A stretch of DNA of 64,000 nucleotides, taken from NCBI GenBank assembly GCA_040768925.1, contig JAXGLZ010000002.1:207389-271388 (forward strand). Reading direction: 5' to 3'. Positions 1 through 9,638 of the stretch are shown one piece after another (position 1 is the first letter of the stretch; each line of letters opens with the position of its first letter). Both the position numbers and the translations under genes were made by a program. Source of the DNA: Christensenellales bacterium (GTDB taxonomy: Bacteria; Bacillota; Clostridia; Christensenellales; CALWSW01). The notes under the pieces were generated by a model. The model saw only the letters and a list, made by a program, of their open reading frames with translations. It was not told the DNA's origin and searched no databases.

Positions 1-730
1 CGACGCAGATGTTGTTGTGCACCGAGGACAGCAGCTTGACCAGGGTGTATTGGGCGAGGTTCGTATCCTGGTATTCGTCCACGTGGATGTATCGGAAGCG
101 GGAGGCGTATTTCTCCAGCACTTCCGGAAAGGTGCGGAAAAGCTCCAGCGTTTTCAGCAGCAGATCGTCAAAATCCAGGGCGTTGTTCGCGGCCAGGATC
201 TTGCTGTACAGCGCCATGGCTTCGGAAAGCTTGGGCGCGCGGAAGGAATCGCCGTTTTGCAGGATGTAATCCGCCGGGGCGAGGGATTTGTTCTTCGCGT
301 CCGAAAACACGGCGCGCAGAAGCTTCTTCGGCCATTCCTCCTCCCTGAGGTTCATCTTTTGCTGAACCTCGGAGATGACGGCCATCTGGTCCGCGTCGTC
401 GTAGATCACAAAATCCCGGGTGTAACCCATCCGCTCGATGTCCATCCGCAGCAAACGGGCGCAAAAGGAGTGGAACGTGCTCATCCAAACTCGCTCGCCG
501 TTTAGGCCCGCAAGGTCCACCACGCGTTCTTTCATTTCCCTGGCAGCCTTGTTTGTGAAGGTGAGGGCCAGGATCTCATACGGCGAAACCCCGCCTTCAA
601 GCAGCGCGGCGATGCGGTAGGTCACGGCCCTGGTCTTGCCGGAACCCGCCCCCGCAAGTACGAGAAGCGGCCCTGTTGTCGTGGTGACGGCCTTCTTCTG
701 CGGGGGGTTCAAAACGTTTATATCGATCAT
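1..730 (-). CDS. pcrA: ATP-dependent DNA helicase PcrA/UvrD, N-terminal part (runs off window)
   Basis: Own translation from ATG at 730: MIDINVLNPPQKKAV...GPLLVLAGAGSGKT...LTFTNKAAREMKERV (UvrD motifs Q, I, Ia). Confidence 0.93.
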   Translation of the reverse strand, partial: MIDINVLNPPQKKAVTTTTGPLLVLAGAGSGKTRAVTYRIAALLEGGVSPYEILALTFTNKAAREMKERVVDLAGLNGERVWMSTFHSFCARLLRMDIERMGYTRDFVIYDDADQMAVISEVQQKMNLREEEWPKKLLRAVFSDAKNKSLAPADYILQNGDSFRAPKLSEAMALYSKILAANNALDFDDLLLKTLELFRTFPEVLEKYASRFRYIHVDEYQDTNLAQYTLVKLLSSVHNNICV

Positions 731-868
731 CGGTTATGCATCCTTTCCGCCATACACTTTATCAAAACCGCGGGTGTTCGTACAGCAAAAAAGCCGCGGC
801 GCACGGGGGAACCCGCGTCGCGGCAGATGGAAATTTTCATTGTCTGCGGAGGCTGACCGCCGCCCGGT

Positions 869-1165
869 CTATTCGCCCTTCATGCGGTCGAGCACCAGTC
901 GGTATCCCCCGGCGCCATATTGCAAACAGCGGTTGACCCGGCTGATCGTGGCCGTAGAGGCGCCTGTTTTTTGGGAAATGTCCTGATAGGTGACCTTGTC
1001 GTCCAGCATGCGGGCGACACAAAGACGCTGGACGATGGCCTTGATCTCGCTGATGGTGCAGATGTCTTCGAAAAAGCGATAACAATCGTCTTTTGTTTCC
1101 AGAAGGAGTATTGCGGAAAACAGTTCGTCCAGCTCGTCCGAGCTGAGTTTGGCATTGTATTCCAT
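869..1165 (-). CDS. yerC: YerC/YecD TrpR-like protein
   Basis: CYRFFEDICTISE...TGASTATISRVNRCL; GGAGG RBS before ATG 1165; usual neighbour of pcrA. Confidence 0.85.
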   Translation of the reverse strand: MEYNAKLSSDELDELFSAILLLETKDDCYRFFEDICTISEIKAIVQRLCVARMLDDKVTYQDISQKTGASTATISRVNRCLQYGAGGYRLVLDRMKGE

Positions 1166-1220
1166 GACTACCTCCACAAAAACGCGAAAAGTCTTATCTT
1201 TATATTAACACAGCACCGTA

Positions 1221-1250
1221 AAAAAACAAGTCCCCCGTTCAGAGGGACTT
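1221..1250 (-). terminator. Intrinsic terminator downstream of ssb
   Basis: Minus strand AAGTCCCTCTGAACGGGGGACTT followed by T-run. Confidence 0.55.
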
Positions 1251-1445
1251 AATGATGCCAAAAACCCCGGGGATTGTCAAAGGGCCGCGGCCCCGAAAGC
1301 TGCAATCAAAACTGGTGACAGGTGCTGGAGTCACAGATTCCGCATTTCGTCAAGGATTGATGTCGGCCGACGATCTTGCGCGAAGCGAAAAACCAACCGG
1401 CAAAGCGGCCCGCTGGCCGCTTCGCAGCCCCGAAAAGCCCTCCGT

Positions 1446-2051
1446 TCAGGGGGACTTGACCAGTTCGAGGGTGGCGATCGAAACCTCGTAGGCCGTGCGG
1501 GTTTCCTCCTCCCCGTCCGGGAGCTGTTTTCTGTATTCCCGGCTTTGGACCCTTCCGGTGATCGAGATGCAGTCCCCGATGCCCAGCGTTCCGGCAAATC
1601 TCGCGTTCCTGCCCCAGGCGATGGCGGGGATATAATCCGATTTGTTATAGGACCGGTTCACGGCGAGCAGAAGATCGGTGATCTCTCTGGAAAAAGGGGT
1701 GACCCGGTAAGTCGGCTGCTTGCACAGGTATCCGGTTAGGATGATCGCGTTCGCGGGCTCGCCCCCGAAGGCGACCTCCTGGGCAAAAACGGTCAGAATC
1801 AGCCTGGACGCGCCCTTAAAGAACTTGTTATATGACCTGAGCTGACCGGAAACGGTGATAACCGCCCCGTCCGCTATCGAAGCGTTGGCAAGAAGCCGCT
1901 CGGAAACGGTGAGAGGCAGCAGGTCCAACGCTCCGGACAGCCGCGGGACCTGAAGAAAACAGGTGTAGAACGCCTCGCTGTATACGCTGTGGGAGTAGCT
2001 CAATTCCCCTTTGACGCTGCCAGACAGCGTTACCCGGTTGGTGCAGTCCAT
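1446..2051 (-). CDS. ssb: Single-stranded DNA-binding protein, clostridial double OB-fold type
   Basis: GQLRSYN...NRSYNKSDYIPAIAWGRNARF...GRVQSREY; GGAGG RBS. Confidence 0.85.
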   Translation of the reverse strand: MDCTNRVTLSGSVKGELSYSHSVYSEAFYTCFLQVPRLSGALDLLPLTVSERLLANASIADGAVITVSGQLRSYNKFFKGASRLILTVFAQEVAFGGEPANAIILTGYLCKQPTYRVTPFSREITDLLLAVNRSYNKSDYIPAIAWGRNARFAGTLGIGDCISITGRVQSREYRKQLPDGEEETRTAYEVSIATLELVKSP

Positions 2052-2135
2052 ATTCCACCTCCGACGGCCGTATGTGGAATATGTATGCAAGTGCCCCCGC
2101 TTTGAATACCTGTTCGCGGGCACAAGCCGCGCTTT

Positions 2136-4586
2136 TTAGCTGTTTTGCGTCCTGTCGTCCGCGATGTACGCGTCGATCACAACGTCGTCCAGCATGGCCA
2201 TCACCAGGGGCAGCCCCCGGGACTGGCGCTTTTCCACCAGCACTTCCTCGGAGGCAAAAACCGTCCTTCCGCTTCTTAATTGCTCGATGGCGAAGGTGGC
2301 GGGCCCGTCAAGCCAGATCGCCGCCGCGAGCTTCGTTCCGTTTGCCCCGCTCTTTCGAAGCTCGAAGGTGCGCTGGCCCTTGCCGTTCCTGTTCTGGCGC
2401 TCGTAATCCAGCACAAGGCTGCGCTTCGCGTAGCCGAGATCGCTGATCAGGAGCATCTGCCCGTCGTCTTTGATCTGCCCGGCAAAAAGCACCGAATCGC
2501 CAACCTCCAGCACGATGGCCTTCACCCCGGCCGCCGTCCTTCCCATCTTGGGAATCGAATCGGCGGGGAAGCGGATGCTCATGCCCAGCGTCGTGATCAT
2601 CAGCACCGTCGGCTCGCCGTTGTCCATCGCCACGGAGACGACTTCATCCCCGTCCTTCAGGCCGATGGCGGCGTATTTTTTGTTCCTGGTATCAAAATCG
2701 GCCAGGGAGGCGCGCTTTGCCAGTCCCTTTTTCGTGAAGAACAGCAGGCTCTTATCTTCCGGATAGGAATCGAAGAAAAATGCGGCGACGATGCGCTCGC
2801 CGTCCTTCCAGCCGGCAAAAAGCGCCGCGGGCAGGGAGCCGAGCTGCTTGCCCTTGGGCTCGGGAATTTCTTCCGCGTCGATCGAATACATGGAACCGAG
2901 GTTGGTGAAAAACCGGATTCTCCGGTCCGTCCTCGTGTCCAGGGCGAAAAGCACCCGGCCTTCCTCCTGGCCGCCCCTTTGTGCGAAGAGCTTTGAGCCT
3001 GTGCGCTTGATCCCCGCGGCGGTGGCGTATACCGTCACTTCGGAAACGACCTTCAGCTCGCTTTCGTCCACGGTGATTTCCGGATTGCCGTTGACCAGGG
3101 CGGTCCTTCTCGGCACGGCGTATTTCTTCTTGATTTCAAGAAGCTCGCGCCGGATGACCGCAAGAAGCTTTTTGGGGTCTTCCAAAATGCCCCGCAGCTC
3201 CGCGATCAGCTTGATCACTTCTTCGTATTCCGCTCGAAGCTCGATGATCTGCAGGCTGGTCAGCCGGCCGAGGCGCATGTCCAGAATCGCCTGGGCCTGG
3301 ATCTGGGTGAGGGAAAAGCGCTTCATCAGCCCGTCCCTCGCTTCCGCCGGAGTGGCGCTGGCGCGGATCAGGCGGATCACTTCGTCCACATTGTCCACCG
3401 CGACGATCAGCCCCTCTAAAATGTGGGCGCGGCGCTGGGCGGCTTCCAGGTCGTGGCGGGTCCTTCTCGTCACGACGTCCTTCTGGTGGTCGATGTAGTG
3501 CGAAAGCGCTTCCTTCAGGCCCATCAGCTTGGGCTTGCCGTTCGCGATGGCCACCAGGTTCACGCCGAAGCTGATCTGAAGATCCGAATATTTATACAGA
3601 TAATTGAGGATTTTCTCGGGGTCCGCGTCCTTCTTGACCTCGATGACCACCCGGGTGCCCAGGCGGTCGGATTCTTCCCGAATGTCCGCGATCCCGGCGA
3701 ACAGGGTCTTCTTTGATTCCGAAAGCCTGAGGATCTTCTCCTGGGCGGCGGCCTTGTTCACCTGGAAGGGAAGCTCCGTCACCACGATGAGGTTCTTGCC
3801 GTTTTTTTGCGGTTCGATGTGGGTTTTTGCCCGGATCACCAAACGGCCCCGGCCGGTTTCATAGGCCGCGGCGATCTCTCCGGTGTTGAGCAGCAAACCG
3901 CCCGTGGGGAAATCCGGCGCCGGCAGGTATTCCATCAGCTCTTTGACCGTGATCTGCGGCTTTTGGAGCATGGCTACGGTGGCGTCGATCGCTTCGCCGA
4001 GGTTGTGGGGCGGGATGTTGGTCGCAAGGCCCACGGCAATCCCCGTCGCGCCATTTACCAGCAGGTTCGGGAACCGGCCGGGCAGCACGTCCGGCTCTTT
4101 CAGTGTGTCGTCAAAATTCAGGCTGTATTCCACCGTGTCCTTGTCGATATCCCGCAAAAGCTCCAGGGCAAGGGGGGTCATGCGGGCTTCGGTATAGCGC
4201 ATCGCCGCCGCCGGGTCGCCGTCCACCGAGCCGAAGTTGCCATGGCCGTCCACCAGCGGGGCGCTCATGTTGAATCCCTGGGCCATACGCACCATCGCGT
4301 CGTAGACGCTGGTGTCCCCGTGGGGGTGGAATTTGCCCAGGCAGTCGCCGACGATGCGGGCGGATTTCCTGTGGGGTTTGTCCGGCGTTAAGGAAAGCTC
4401 CATCATCGTATAGAGGATCCTGCGCTGGACCGGCTTTAGGCCGTCCTCCACCCTGGGGATCGCCCGGTCGAGGATCACGTATTCGGCGTAGGGCAGCATG
4501 GAGTTGTGCATCACGTCTTCCATGCTGACGGGAAGAAGCCGTTCGGCCTGGACCTCTGCGCCGGTATTGTCTTTCTTTCTGGCCAT
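2136..4586 (-). CDS. parC: Type IIA topoisomerase subunit A (ParC-like; no canonical GyrA-box)
   Basis: [23 protein letters not shown] catalytic Tyr, beta-pinwheel C-terminus; QRRGGKG absent. Confidence 0.75.
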   Translation of the reverse strand: MARKKDNTGAEVQAERLLPVSMEDVMHNSMLPYAEYVILDRAIPRVEDGLKPVQRRILYTMMELSLTPDKPHRKSARIVGDCLGKFHPHGDTSVYDAMVRMAQGFNMSAPLVDGHGNFGSVDGDPAAAMRYTEARMTPLALELLRDIDKDTVEYSLNFDDTLKEPDVLPGRFPNLLVNGATGIAVGLATNIPPHNLGEAIDATVAMLQKPQITVKELMEYLPAPDFPTGGLLLNTGEIAAAYETGRGRLVIRAKTHIEPQKNGKNLIVVTELPFQVNKAAAQEKILRLSESKKTLFAGIADIREESDRLGTRVVIEVKKDADPEKILNYLYKYSDLQISFGVNLVAIANGKPKLMGLKEALSHYIDHQKDVVTRRTRHDLEAAQRRAHILEGLIVAVDNVDEVIRLIRASATPAEARDGLMKRFSLTQIQAQAILDMRLGRLTSLQIIELRAEYEEVIKLIAELRGILEDPKKLLAVIRRELLEIKKKYAVPRRTALVNGNPEITVDESELKVVSEVTVYATAAGIKRTGSKLFAQRGGQEEGRVLFALDTRTDRRIRFFTNLGSMYSIDAEEIPEPKGKQLGSLPAALFAGWKDGERIVAAFFFDSYPEDKSLLFFTKKGLAKRASLADFDTRNKKYAAIGLKDGDEVVSVAMDNGEPTVLMITTLGMSIRFPADSIPKMGRTAAGVKAIVLEVGDSVLFAGQIKDDGQMLLISDLGYAKRSLVLDYERQNRNGKGQRTFELRKSGANGTKLAAAIWLDGPATFAIEQLRSGRTVFASEEVLVEKRQSRGLPLVMAMLDDVVIDAYIADDRTQNS

Positions 4587-6533
4587 TTAGCCCTCCTGCG
4601 GTCGGAACTTGTCCACCCTGTTGAAATTGGCGTGTTTGCTTATGTACGCCTTTCTGGGCTCTGTTTTGTCGCCCATCAGGATGGAGACGATCCGGTCCGC
4701 CTCCGCCGCGTCTTCGATCGAAACCTGCATGAGCGCGCGCTTCGCCGGCTCCATCGTCGTTTCCCAAAGCTGCTCGGGGTTCATTTCGCCCAGCCCCTTG
4801 TAGCGCTGAAGCGCGTAACCCCTGCCGGCCTTTTCGATTGCCTGGGCCAGTTCCTGATCGTCGTAAGCGTACACGATTTTTTTGCCGGTCTGCACCTTGT
4901 AAAGCGGGGGCATGCCGATGTATACGTGCCCGTCCGTGATCAGTTCCCGCATGTACCGGAAGAAGAAGGTCATCAGAATCGCGCGGATGTGGGCGCCGTC
5001 CTGATCCGCGTCCGAGAGGATGATCACCTTGTCGTACTTTAGGTCGGCGATGCGGAAATCCTTGCCCACGCCGGTGCCCAAAGCGGTGATGATGGAGCGA
5101 AACTCCTGGTTTTTCAGCACTTCCTCCAGATTGGTCTTTTCCGCGTTCAGCGGCTTGCCGCGCAAGGGGAGGATCGCCTGGAAGGTGCGGTCCCGGCCTT
5201 GTTTCGCGCTGCCGCCGGCGGATTCGCCCTCCACGATGAAAAGCTCGTTTTTCGTTCTGTCCCTTCCCGTGCAGGAGCTTAATTTGCCCACCAGCGGCGC
5301 GTTTTCCAGCTTGCTGCGTTCCCGCTCGACGGCTTTTGCCTTCCTTGCCGCTTCGCGCATGCGGGCGGCTTTTTGCGCCTTTTCCACGATCTTTGCGCAA
5401 AGCTCGGCGTTGCGCAGATCCTGGGTAAAATGCGTCAGCCCTTCGACGATCACCGCTTCCACGGCGCTTTCCGCCTCGGTATTGCCGAGTTTGGTCTTGG
5501 TCTGGCCCTCGAACTGGACGTCCTTCATCCGGACGGACAGCACGGCGGCCATGCCTTCGCGAAAATCCTCTCCGGGGTGGTTCCTGTCTTTTTCCTTGAG
5601 CACGCCCACGCGGCGGCAATAGTCGTTCATCACCTTTGTCACCGCAGAACGGAAGCCCTTTTCGTGGGTCCCGCCCTCGTTGGTGGGGATGTTGTTTACA
5701 TAGGAAAACACGGATTCGTTTTCCGAGTCGTTGTGCTGGATCGCCGCCTGAACGAAGATCCCGTTTGAATTCCCCTCGACCAGGATCGGCGGGTCATACA
5801 GGCAGTCGTTGCCCTCGTTTAAAAAACGGACGAAATCGCTGATGCCGCCGTCCGCTCTGAATTCCTGTTTTTCGAACTCCTTTTGCCGCTCGTCCGAAAG
5901 GGTCAGGGTCAGTCCCTTGTTCAAATAGGCGAGCTCTCGCATCCTTCGGGCGATCTTTTCGGTGTTCCAGTTCAGGGTTTCAAAAACGCGCTTGTCCGGC
6001 AAAAAGGTGATTGCGCTGCCCTTTTTCCTGGTGCGGCCGATCTCAGAAAGCGGACCCTTAGGCCTGCCGGACGCGATCTTACCGCCTTGGGGCACGCTTT
6101 CGAATTCCTGGCGGTAAACCCGGCCGTTTTGATAGACCTCGCACCAGAGCCATTCGGAAAGGGCGTTCACCACCGACGCGCCGACGCCGTGCAGCCCGCC
6201 GGAAAAGCCGTAGTTCGAATCGCCGAATTTGCCGCCGGCGTGCAGCTGGGTGAACACGACCTCCACCCCGGAAACCCCGAGCTTTTCGTGGATCCCCACG
6301 GGGATGCCCCGGCCGTTATCCGCCACGGTGACCGAATGATCCTTGCGGATGGTGATCTCGATGAGGTCCGCAAAGCCGTTGGCAGCTTCGTCTATGGAAT
6401 TATCCACGATTTCCCACAGCAGATGATGAAGCCCGGAAGCGCCGGTTGAGCCGATATACATGCCCGGCCGCATGCGCACGGCTTCCAGCCCTTCCAGCAC
6501 TTTGATGTCGCTGGCGGTATAGGTTTCTTTCAT
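4587..6533 (-). CDS. parE: Type IIA topoisomerase subunit B (ParE/GyrB-like)
   Basis: EIVDNSIDE, GGLHGVGASV, VEGESAGG, PLRGK, DADQDG, RYKGLGEM. Confidence 0.75.
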   Translation of the reverse strand: MKETYTASDIKVLEGLEAVRMRPGMYIGSTGASGLHHLLWEIVDNSIDEAANGFADLIEITIRKDHSVTVADNGRGIPVGIHEKLGVSGVEVVFTQLHAGGKFGDSNYGFSGGLHGVGASVVNALSEWLWCEVYQNGRVYRQEFESVPQGGKIASGRPKGPLSEIGRTRKKGSAITFLPDKRVFETLNWNTEKIARRMRELAYLNKGLTLTLSDERQKEFEKQEFRADGGISDFVRFLNEGNDCLYDPPILVEGNSNGIFVQAAIQHNDSENESVFSYVNNIPTNEGGTHEKGFRSAVTKVMNDYCRRVGVLKEKDRNHPGEDFREGMAAVLSVRMKDVQFEGQTKTKLGNTEAESAVEAVIVEGLTHFTQDLRNAELCAKIVEKAQKAARMREAARKAKAVERERSKLENAPLVGKLSSCTGRDRTKNELFIVEGESAGGSAKQGRDRTFQAILPLRGKPLNAEKTNLEEVLKNQEFRSIITALGTGVGKDFRIADLKYDKVIILSDADQDGAHIRAILMTFFFRYMRELITDGHVYIGMPPLYKVQTGKKIVYAYDDQELAQAIEKAGRGYALQRYKGLGEMNPEQLWETTMEPAKRALMQVSIEDAAEADRIVSILMGDKTEPRKAYISKHANFNRVDKFRPQEG

Positions 6534-6560
6534 GTTCGCCCCCAGGGATTGGTATTTTTT

Positions 6561-6835
6561 AAGGCAAAGGGAGTTGAGCCCCTGCGGTTTTAAGGGCCGG
6601 AAAACACGCCATCACTATGTTATCGGCGCTTGCCGAAGCACCACTGCGCCCGCGCGCCGCTGCCTTGCGCCGCCATGTTTTCCGGCCCTGGAAACGCTGC
6701 GACCGCCAAGCCGCCAGTTTGGACGCAACCCATGGAAGAGGAAGGAGTCATAGCGGCGCTATGGCGACTGACGATGACAAAGAAATGCGCCAAAATGACG
6801 GCCTGGCGGCGCAGGGGTTCAACTCCCTTTGCCTT
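6561..6835. repeat. MITE-like element with 26-bp terminal inverted repeats and internal hairpins
   Basis: AAGGCAAAGGGAGTTGAGCCCCTGCG at 6561 vs reverse complement of 6810-6835 (25/26 match); inner IR AGGGCCGGAAAACA / TGTTTTCCGGCCCT. Confidence 0.6.
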
Positions 6836-6846
6836 GCGCCTTATCG

Positions 6847-6876
6847 ATGATACGCGAAAATCCCGCAAACTGTCAA
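6847..6876 (-). promoter_or_regulatory. SigA promoter for parE-parC
   Basis: TTGACA-18-TATCAT on minus strand. Confidence 0.55.
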
Positions 6877-6914
6877 GCCGCCCCCGGTCCGCGACGGATT
6901 CGGGCCTGTTTGGT

Positions 6915-7397
6915 TCAATAGCCCATTTCCTTCAGCAGCCGGGAAAGCGTTCTCAGCCTTTCGCCCATCAGCTCGCCGTCTTTGCTCATCGCCTGCTCAA
7001 AGAGGCGGATATCCTCGTCGATATGGTCGTTGCCCGTGCAGACCGCGACGTTCATCGCATCCCCCTGTAGGCCGATCCGGTCGATCAGCGGATGTTCGGG
7101 GTCGTACCCTTTGGGGAACCTGTAGGCTTCCTCCGCAAAATAATGGCGTGCGCGGCAGATCAGAATGGCAAGGTCGATGATCCTGTGCATCGGAAGCTCT
7201 TCCGACTGGCGGGACCATTTTTCCCCGGTGTGGCGCCAAACCTTGGCGGAAACGTCCACCCTTCCCCGGTCGTTCCACTGGGCCAGGCCGAGGGAAAGGC
7301 CCACGGCATCCGTGTCGCAGGCTTTTCGGCCGTCCACCCTTGAATAATTATCCGCCACGATGACGGGTTTGTGCTTCAAGTTTGTCGGTATGTTCAT
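6915..7397 (-). CDS. Conserved hypothetical protein (DUF6530-like)
   Basis: MNIPTNLKHKPVI...LSLGLAQWN...WSRQSEELP; GGAGG RBS. Confidence 0.7.
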   Translation of the reverse strand: MNIPTNLKHKPVIVADNYSRVDGRKACDTDAVGLSLGLAQWNDRGRVDVSAKVWRHTGEKWSRQSEELPMHRIIDLAILICRARHYFAEEAYRFPKGYDPEHPLIDRIGLQGDAMNVAVCTGNDHIDEDIRLFEQAMSKDGELMGERLRTLSRLLKEMGY

Positions 7398-7570
7398 GAC
7401 CGCCTCCCGGTTTTATCTTATTTATTTACTATACTACTTATTTACTAAATCGCAAGCCACAAAATTGCGGAGCCTTTCCCTTTTTCGGAATCGGCTCCGC
7501 AATCGAATGGTAAACGCGGGTGTTGCGGTCATCCGCCGATCATCCGGCGGCGAAAGGCAGCCTTCTTCCC

Positions 7571-9280
7571 TCAGGCGGTTTCAATTCCCGCGGCCTTGTG
7601 CAGGTCGAGCAGTTCCACGCCGATTTCCCGCAGCTTGTATTTCTGGATTTTTCCGCTGGCGGTAACCGGGAATTCCTCCAAAAAGCGAACGTACCGCGGC
7701 GCTTTGAACCGGGAAAGCCCCTCTTTGACGAAGCGGACCAGCTCCTCTTCCGCCGGGTGGGTTCCCTCGTTCAGGATGACGAAAGCCAGCACCTCTTCGC
7801 CGTACTTTTCGTCCGGCACGCCGACGACCTGAACGTCCTTCACCGCAGGATGGGTATACATGAATTCCTCGATCTCCCGGGGGTAAATGTTTTCCCCGCC
7901 GCGGATGATCATGTCCTTCAGCCTGCCCGTCACCCGGTAATACCCGTCTTCGTCCACGGTGCAAAGGTCGCCGGTGTGCAGCCAGCCGTCCTCGTCGATC
8001 GCCATACGGGTGGCTTCGGGCATCTTGTAATACCCCTTCATGACCTGGTAGCCCCGGGTCAGAAATTCGCCGGGGGTGTTCGGCGGCACGCCTTCCCCGG
8101 TTTCGGGGTCGACGATCTTGATCTCCATATTCGGCTGGATGGTTCCCACGGTGGAAACGCGCTTTTCCAGCGGGTCGTCTGTGCAGGTCATCGTGGTGAC
8201 CGGCGAGGATTCCGTCATGCCGAAGCAGATCACGATCTCCGGCATATGCATATCCACATTGACGCGCTTCATGACCTCGATGGGGCAGGGCGACCCGCTC
8301 ATGATCCCCGTCCTCAGGCTGGAAAAATCGAAGGTCTTGAAATCCGGGTGGTTCAGCATGGAAATATACATGGTGGGCACGCCGAGGAGGGACGTGCAGC
8401 GCTCCATCTGGACCGCCTGCATGACCAGCAGCGGATGGAACCGTTCCACCAGCACCATGGCCGAGCCGTGGGTGACACAGGCGGTCACGCCCAGCACGCA
8501 GCCAAAACAGTGGAAAAGCGGAACGGGGATGCATTCGCGGTCGATTTCCGTCAGCCGCTTGCCGTCGCCGATGCTTTTGCCGTTGTTGACCACGCCGTGA
8601 TGGGACAGCATGACGCCCTTGGGGAAGCCCGTCGTGCCGGAGGTGTACTGCATGTTCACAACGTCGTGAATGTCCAGGCTGTCCTGGATGCTCTGCCTTT
8701 CGGCATCGTCCACGTTTTCCGCAAGGGCGTAAAGATCGTCCCAGTTGTACATGCCCGGCTCGCGCTCGTTTTCCAAGTAGATCACGTTTTTCAGGAAGGG
8801 CAGCGCCCGGGAATACAGCCTTCCCGGCTGGGAATGGGCCAGTTCCGGGCAGATTTCCCGCAGATGCTGGACGTAGTCGCTGTCCTTAAAACCCTGGATG
8901 AGGATCAGGGTCATCGCGTCGCTCTGGCGGAGCAGGTATTCAAGCTCGAAGCGCTTGTAGTTGGTGTTTACGGTGACCATCACCGCGCCGATCTTCGCCG
9001 TCGCGAACATGGCCGTCACCCATTCGATCCTGTTTGTGGCCCAAATCGCCACATGGTCCCCCGGCCGGACGCCGATGGCCATCAGCCCACGGGCCACGCG
9101 GTCGCACTCTTCCCGAAACTGCGAATAGGTGAACCTGCGCCCTTTGTGCGGGTCCACCACGCAGTCGTTATTTGGGAAGCGGGCCGCCTGGGCGTCCAGC
9201 AGATCGCCAAAGGTTATCTCCAGCAGGGTGTCGTATTTTGCGTTGACGAGCTGCTCAATGTTGCGCTGAATACGGTCCAT
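7571..9280 (-). CDS. AMP-binding acyl-CoA synthetase (YngI-like)
   Basis: YTSGTTGFPKG, FGMTE, GWLHTGD, GRLKDMIIRGGENIYP, SGKIQK. Confidence 0.9.
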   Translation of the reverse strand: MDRIQRNIEQLVNAKYDTLLEITFGDLLDAQAARFPNNDCVVDPHKGRRFTYSQFREECDRVARGLMAIGVRPGDHVAIWATNRIEWVTAMFATAKIGAVMVTVNTNYKRFELEYLLRQSDAMTLILIQGFKDSDYVQHLREICPELAHSQPGRLYSRALPFLKNVIYLENEREPGMYNWDDLYALAENVDDAERQSIQDSLDIHDVVNMQYTSGTTGFPKGVMLSHHGVVNNGKSIGDGKRLTEIDRECIPVPLFHCFGCVLGVTACVTHGSAMVLVERFHPLLVMQAVQMERCTSLLGVPTMYISMLNHPDFKTFDFSSLRTGIMSGSPCPIEVMKRVNVDMHMPEIVICFGMTESSPVTTMTCTDDPLEKRVSTVGTIQPNMEIKIVDPETGEGVPPNTPGEFLTRGYQVMKGYYKMPEATRMAIDEDGWLHTGDLCTVDEDGYYRVTGRLKDMIIRGGENIYPREIEEFMYTHPAVKDVQVVGVPDEKYGEEVLAFVILNEGTHPAEEELVRFVKEGLSRFKAPRYVRFLEEFPVTASGKIQKYKLREIGVELLDLHKAAGIETA

Positions 9281-9316
9281 GGGTATCCTCCAATCATTTT
9301 ATTGATGAATAAAAAT

Positions 9317-9567
9317 AAAAAACTTTCCGCCTCTTTTCAGAGACGGAAAGCTGAATTCCCGCGGTACCACTCTGTTTGCCGGAAAAAATCCGGCCGCTTT
9401 GCAGGCACTACTATGCCCTTCCCGGTAACGGCGGGATGCCGTCCAAGCCTACTCGCTGCTTTCGGTTGGCTGCTCGGGGGCGAGCAGAGCTTTATTCCGC
9501 GCTGCCTTTCACCAAACCGGCAGCTCTCTGAAGCGGTGGATGCGGCCCTTATTCCCCGTCTTCGCAT
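9317..9567 (-). promoter_or_regulatory. T-box riboswitch, predicted Leu (CUC) specifier
   Basis: Stem I with AGAGAGC...GGTGAAA distal motifs; T-box AGAGTGGTACCGCG at ~9360-9373; terminator CTTTCCGTCTC...GAGGCGGAAAGTTTTTT; CTC at 9484-9482. Confidence 0.88.
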
Positions 9568-9579
9568 TCTATGTGCAAG

Positions 9580-9608
9580 ATTATACGGGACTGAACCCTT
9601 TCTGTCAA
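9580..9608 (-). promoter_or_regulatory. Consensus SigA promoter of the T-box leader
   Basis: TTGACA-17-TATAAT, perfect. Confidence 0.85.
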
Positions 9609-9638
9609 CGAATTTTTTATGAATATTTATACTGTTTC

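Noticed and set aside
4111-5619. 502-aa Arg/Gly-rich ORF overlapping parE/parC
   Set aside because: Alternate-frame artefact of GC3 bias
7520-9622. 700-aa plus-strand ORF
   Set aside because: Antisense shadow of the acyl-CoA ligase and T-box in high-GC DNA; no motifs
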